Below are positions 62,736 to 64,000 of a stretch of DNA of 64,000 nucleotides, one piece after another. Position 1 is the first letter of the stretch, and every line of letters begins with the position of its first letter. A program made the translations under genes and the position numbers. A model generated the notes under the pieces. It searched no databases. It was not told the DNA's origin and was given only the letters and a program-made list of their open reading frames with translations. The stretch comes from Thecamonas trahens ATCC 50062 (Eukaryota; Protista; Apusomonadida): assembly GCF_000142905.1 (NCBI RefSeq), contig NW_013657657.1, positions 124,001-188,000 on the forward strand. The letters are read 5' to 3'.

Positions 62736-64000
62736 ATGGACCCGCACACCTTGCGCAATGGCCGCCACCACCAACCCGCTCACGGCACCCCGCCTCCACG
62801 CTCCTCGGCTGGTCCGGCTACCTCGACGACGTCAACTACTCCCTCGGCAACACCCTCGGCCACGGCAGGCTCGGACTATCCCTACCCGTCGTCGTACTCG
62901 GCTAGGTACGGAGTGGCGCAGGCGGAGAGTGGCAGCCAGGCCAGGCTAGCGAGCAGTTACACCCTCGCCCACAACCCGCCGCTGCCCCACTCGGCTTCCT
63001 CGGCCAGCGCACATCGCGCCCAGCCGCAATCGCCTGCGGTTGCCTCGTGGTCGGCTCTCCCGGGCTACGTCTCGCCATATGCCACTCGGACTACGCCCGG
63101 CTTGCACATCGGCGGAAGCTATCGTCCCGGCGAGATCCAGGGCCCCACCGCAGCTGGCGCGGGTGCTGGCGCTGGCGCTGGCGACTCGTACCGGGTCCGC
63201 GGCACCGCGCCGGGCTCACAGCAGCCACTACATCCATCGCCGCTGAAGGAGACTATGCCCAAGCCGTCGCCGTATGCATCGTACTTGGCCAGAAACTACG
63301 GCGGTGGCCAGTCGCTGACGGCCTCGCAGATCGGCGGGGAGCCCATGCGCGACGCTACCGCCGACCAGGCACCGTCCAGTCCTGTGGCCAAGGCTCCGCA
63401 GCACACTCCGTTCTACACCTCGCACGCCGGCGAGTGGTCGTCGGCGCCGCCGGCCAAACCGCAGCAGCCGCGCGCCTCCGACGCCATGCTCCGGCCGACA
63501 CGCAACTATGGCGAGTCGAACACCGCCATGCCGCTCTCGGCCTCGGCTCTCGGCGGACCGGCCCTCGCCGTCCGCGACAGCGACGACAGTCCGGCCCCGG
63601 CTAGCCTGGACAAGATCCAGGCAGAGTCGCGGGCGCGAGCAGCGACTGCTAGCCCTGGGCTAGTCGCTTCGCCCGCTGACGTCGATCATACCCGTCGCGA
63701 GCGCTCGCCGTCGCCGATCCGGGCCGAGCCAACGTCCCCGGGCTCGCCCGGCGTCGACGCGTCGTCAGTGGTCGACGGCGATGGGCGTCAGTCGAACCTG
63801 CCGCCGCTGTTTGGCGCCTCCTTCCTCGACGCCGACATGTACGGCCACCCGGAGAAGGTCATTCCGGGCGTGCCCAAGCCGGCCAAGAAGCGCGGCATGC
63901 TCGCACGGCTGCTCAAGCCCAAGCCCAAGCAGCTGCTCGCGCCAGACGAGAAGATTTTGGTCAAGGCGCAGCCGGACCATGCCGAGTTTCCAGACTTCAC
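62736..64000 (+). CDS. Protein with long disordered S/P/A/Y-rich N-terminus, open to the window end (absent from the ORF track)
   Basis: Manual translation gives 421 codons with no stop: MDPHTLRNG...KKRGMLARLLKPKPKQLLAPDEKILVKAQPDHAEFPDF. Confidence 0.7.
   Translation, partial: MDPHTLRNGRHHQPAHGTPPPRSSAGPATSTTSTTPSATPSATAGSDYPYPSSYSARYGVAQAESGSQARLASSYTLAHNPPLPHSASSASAHRAQPQSPAVASWSALPGYVSPYATRTTPGLHIGGSYRPGEIQGPTAAGAGAGAGAGDSYRVRGTAPGSQQPLHPSPLKETMPKPSPYASYLARNYGGGQSLTASQIGGEPMRDATADQAPSSPVAKAPQHTPFYTSHAGEWSSAPPAKPQQPRASDAMLRPTRNYGESNTAMPLSASALGGPALAVRDSDDSPAPASLDKIQAESRARAATASPGLVASPADVDHTRRERSPSPIRAEPTSPGSPGVDASSVVDGDGRQSNLPPLFGASFLDADMYGHPEKVIPGVPKPAKKRGMLARLLKPKPKQLLAPDEKILVKAQPDHAEFPDF

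Overview
Gene-dense, GC-rich eukaryotic (protist) nuclear DNA, not prokaryotic. It contains about 33 protein-coding genes, one tRNA-Ser(GCT), six GT-AG introns, several micro/minisatellites and three assembly gaps. The gene content includes flagellar CFAP100, the TSET subunit TSAUCER, an actin-fragmin-type kinase and an SH2-containing TKL kinase. Together with the compact, intron-poor layout, this suggests a flagellated Amorphea protist such as an apusomonad (Thecamonas-like); that is my inference and is unverified. Clear housekeeping genes: Tom40, AHCY, kinesin-5, CapZ alpha, cullin-4, calcineurin B, RtcB, adenylate kinase and RRP9. The most unusual items are: (i) a ~1,875-aa LRR-ARM-C2-class 3 lipase-BPI/LBP fusion next to a secreted saposin-purple acid phosphatase fusion, a possible bacterial-envelope lipid sensing/digestion module; (ii) an EF-hand/SH2-RCC1-EDR1-Raf-like kinase; (iii) a spliced MTFR1-like gene; (iv) a talin/vinculin-like bundle fused to 4 SH3 domains; and (v) at least six genes broken by single-base frameshifts, mostly in homopolymers and probably sequencing errors. 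All domain calls are by eye from motifs; no database search was run.
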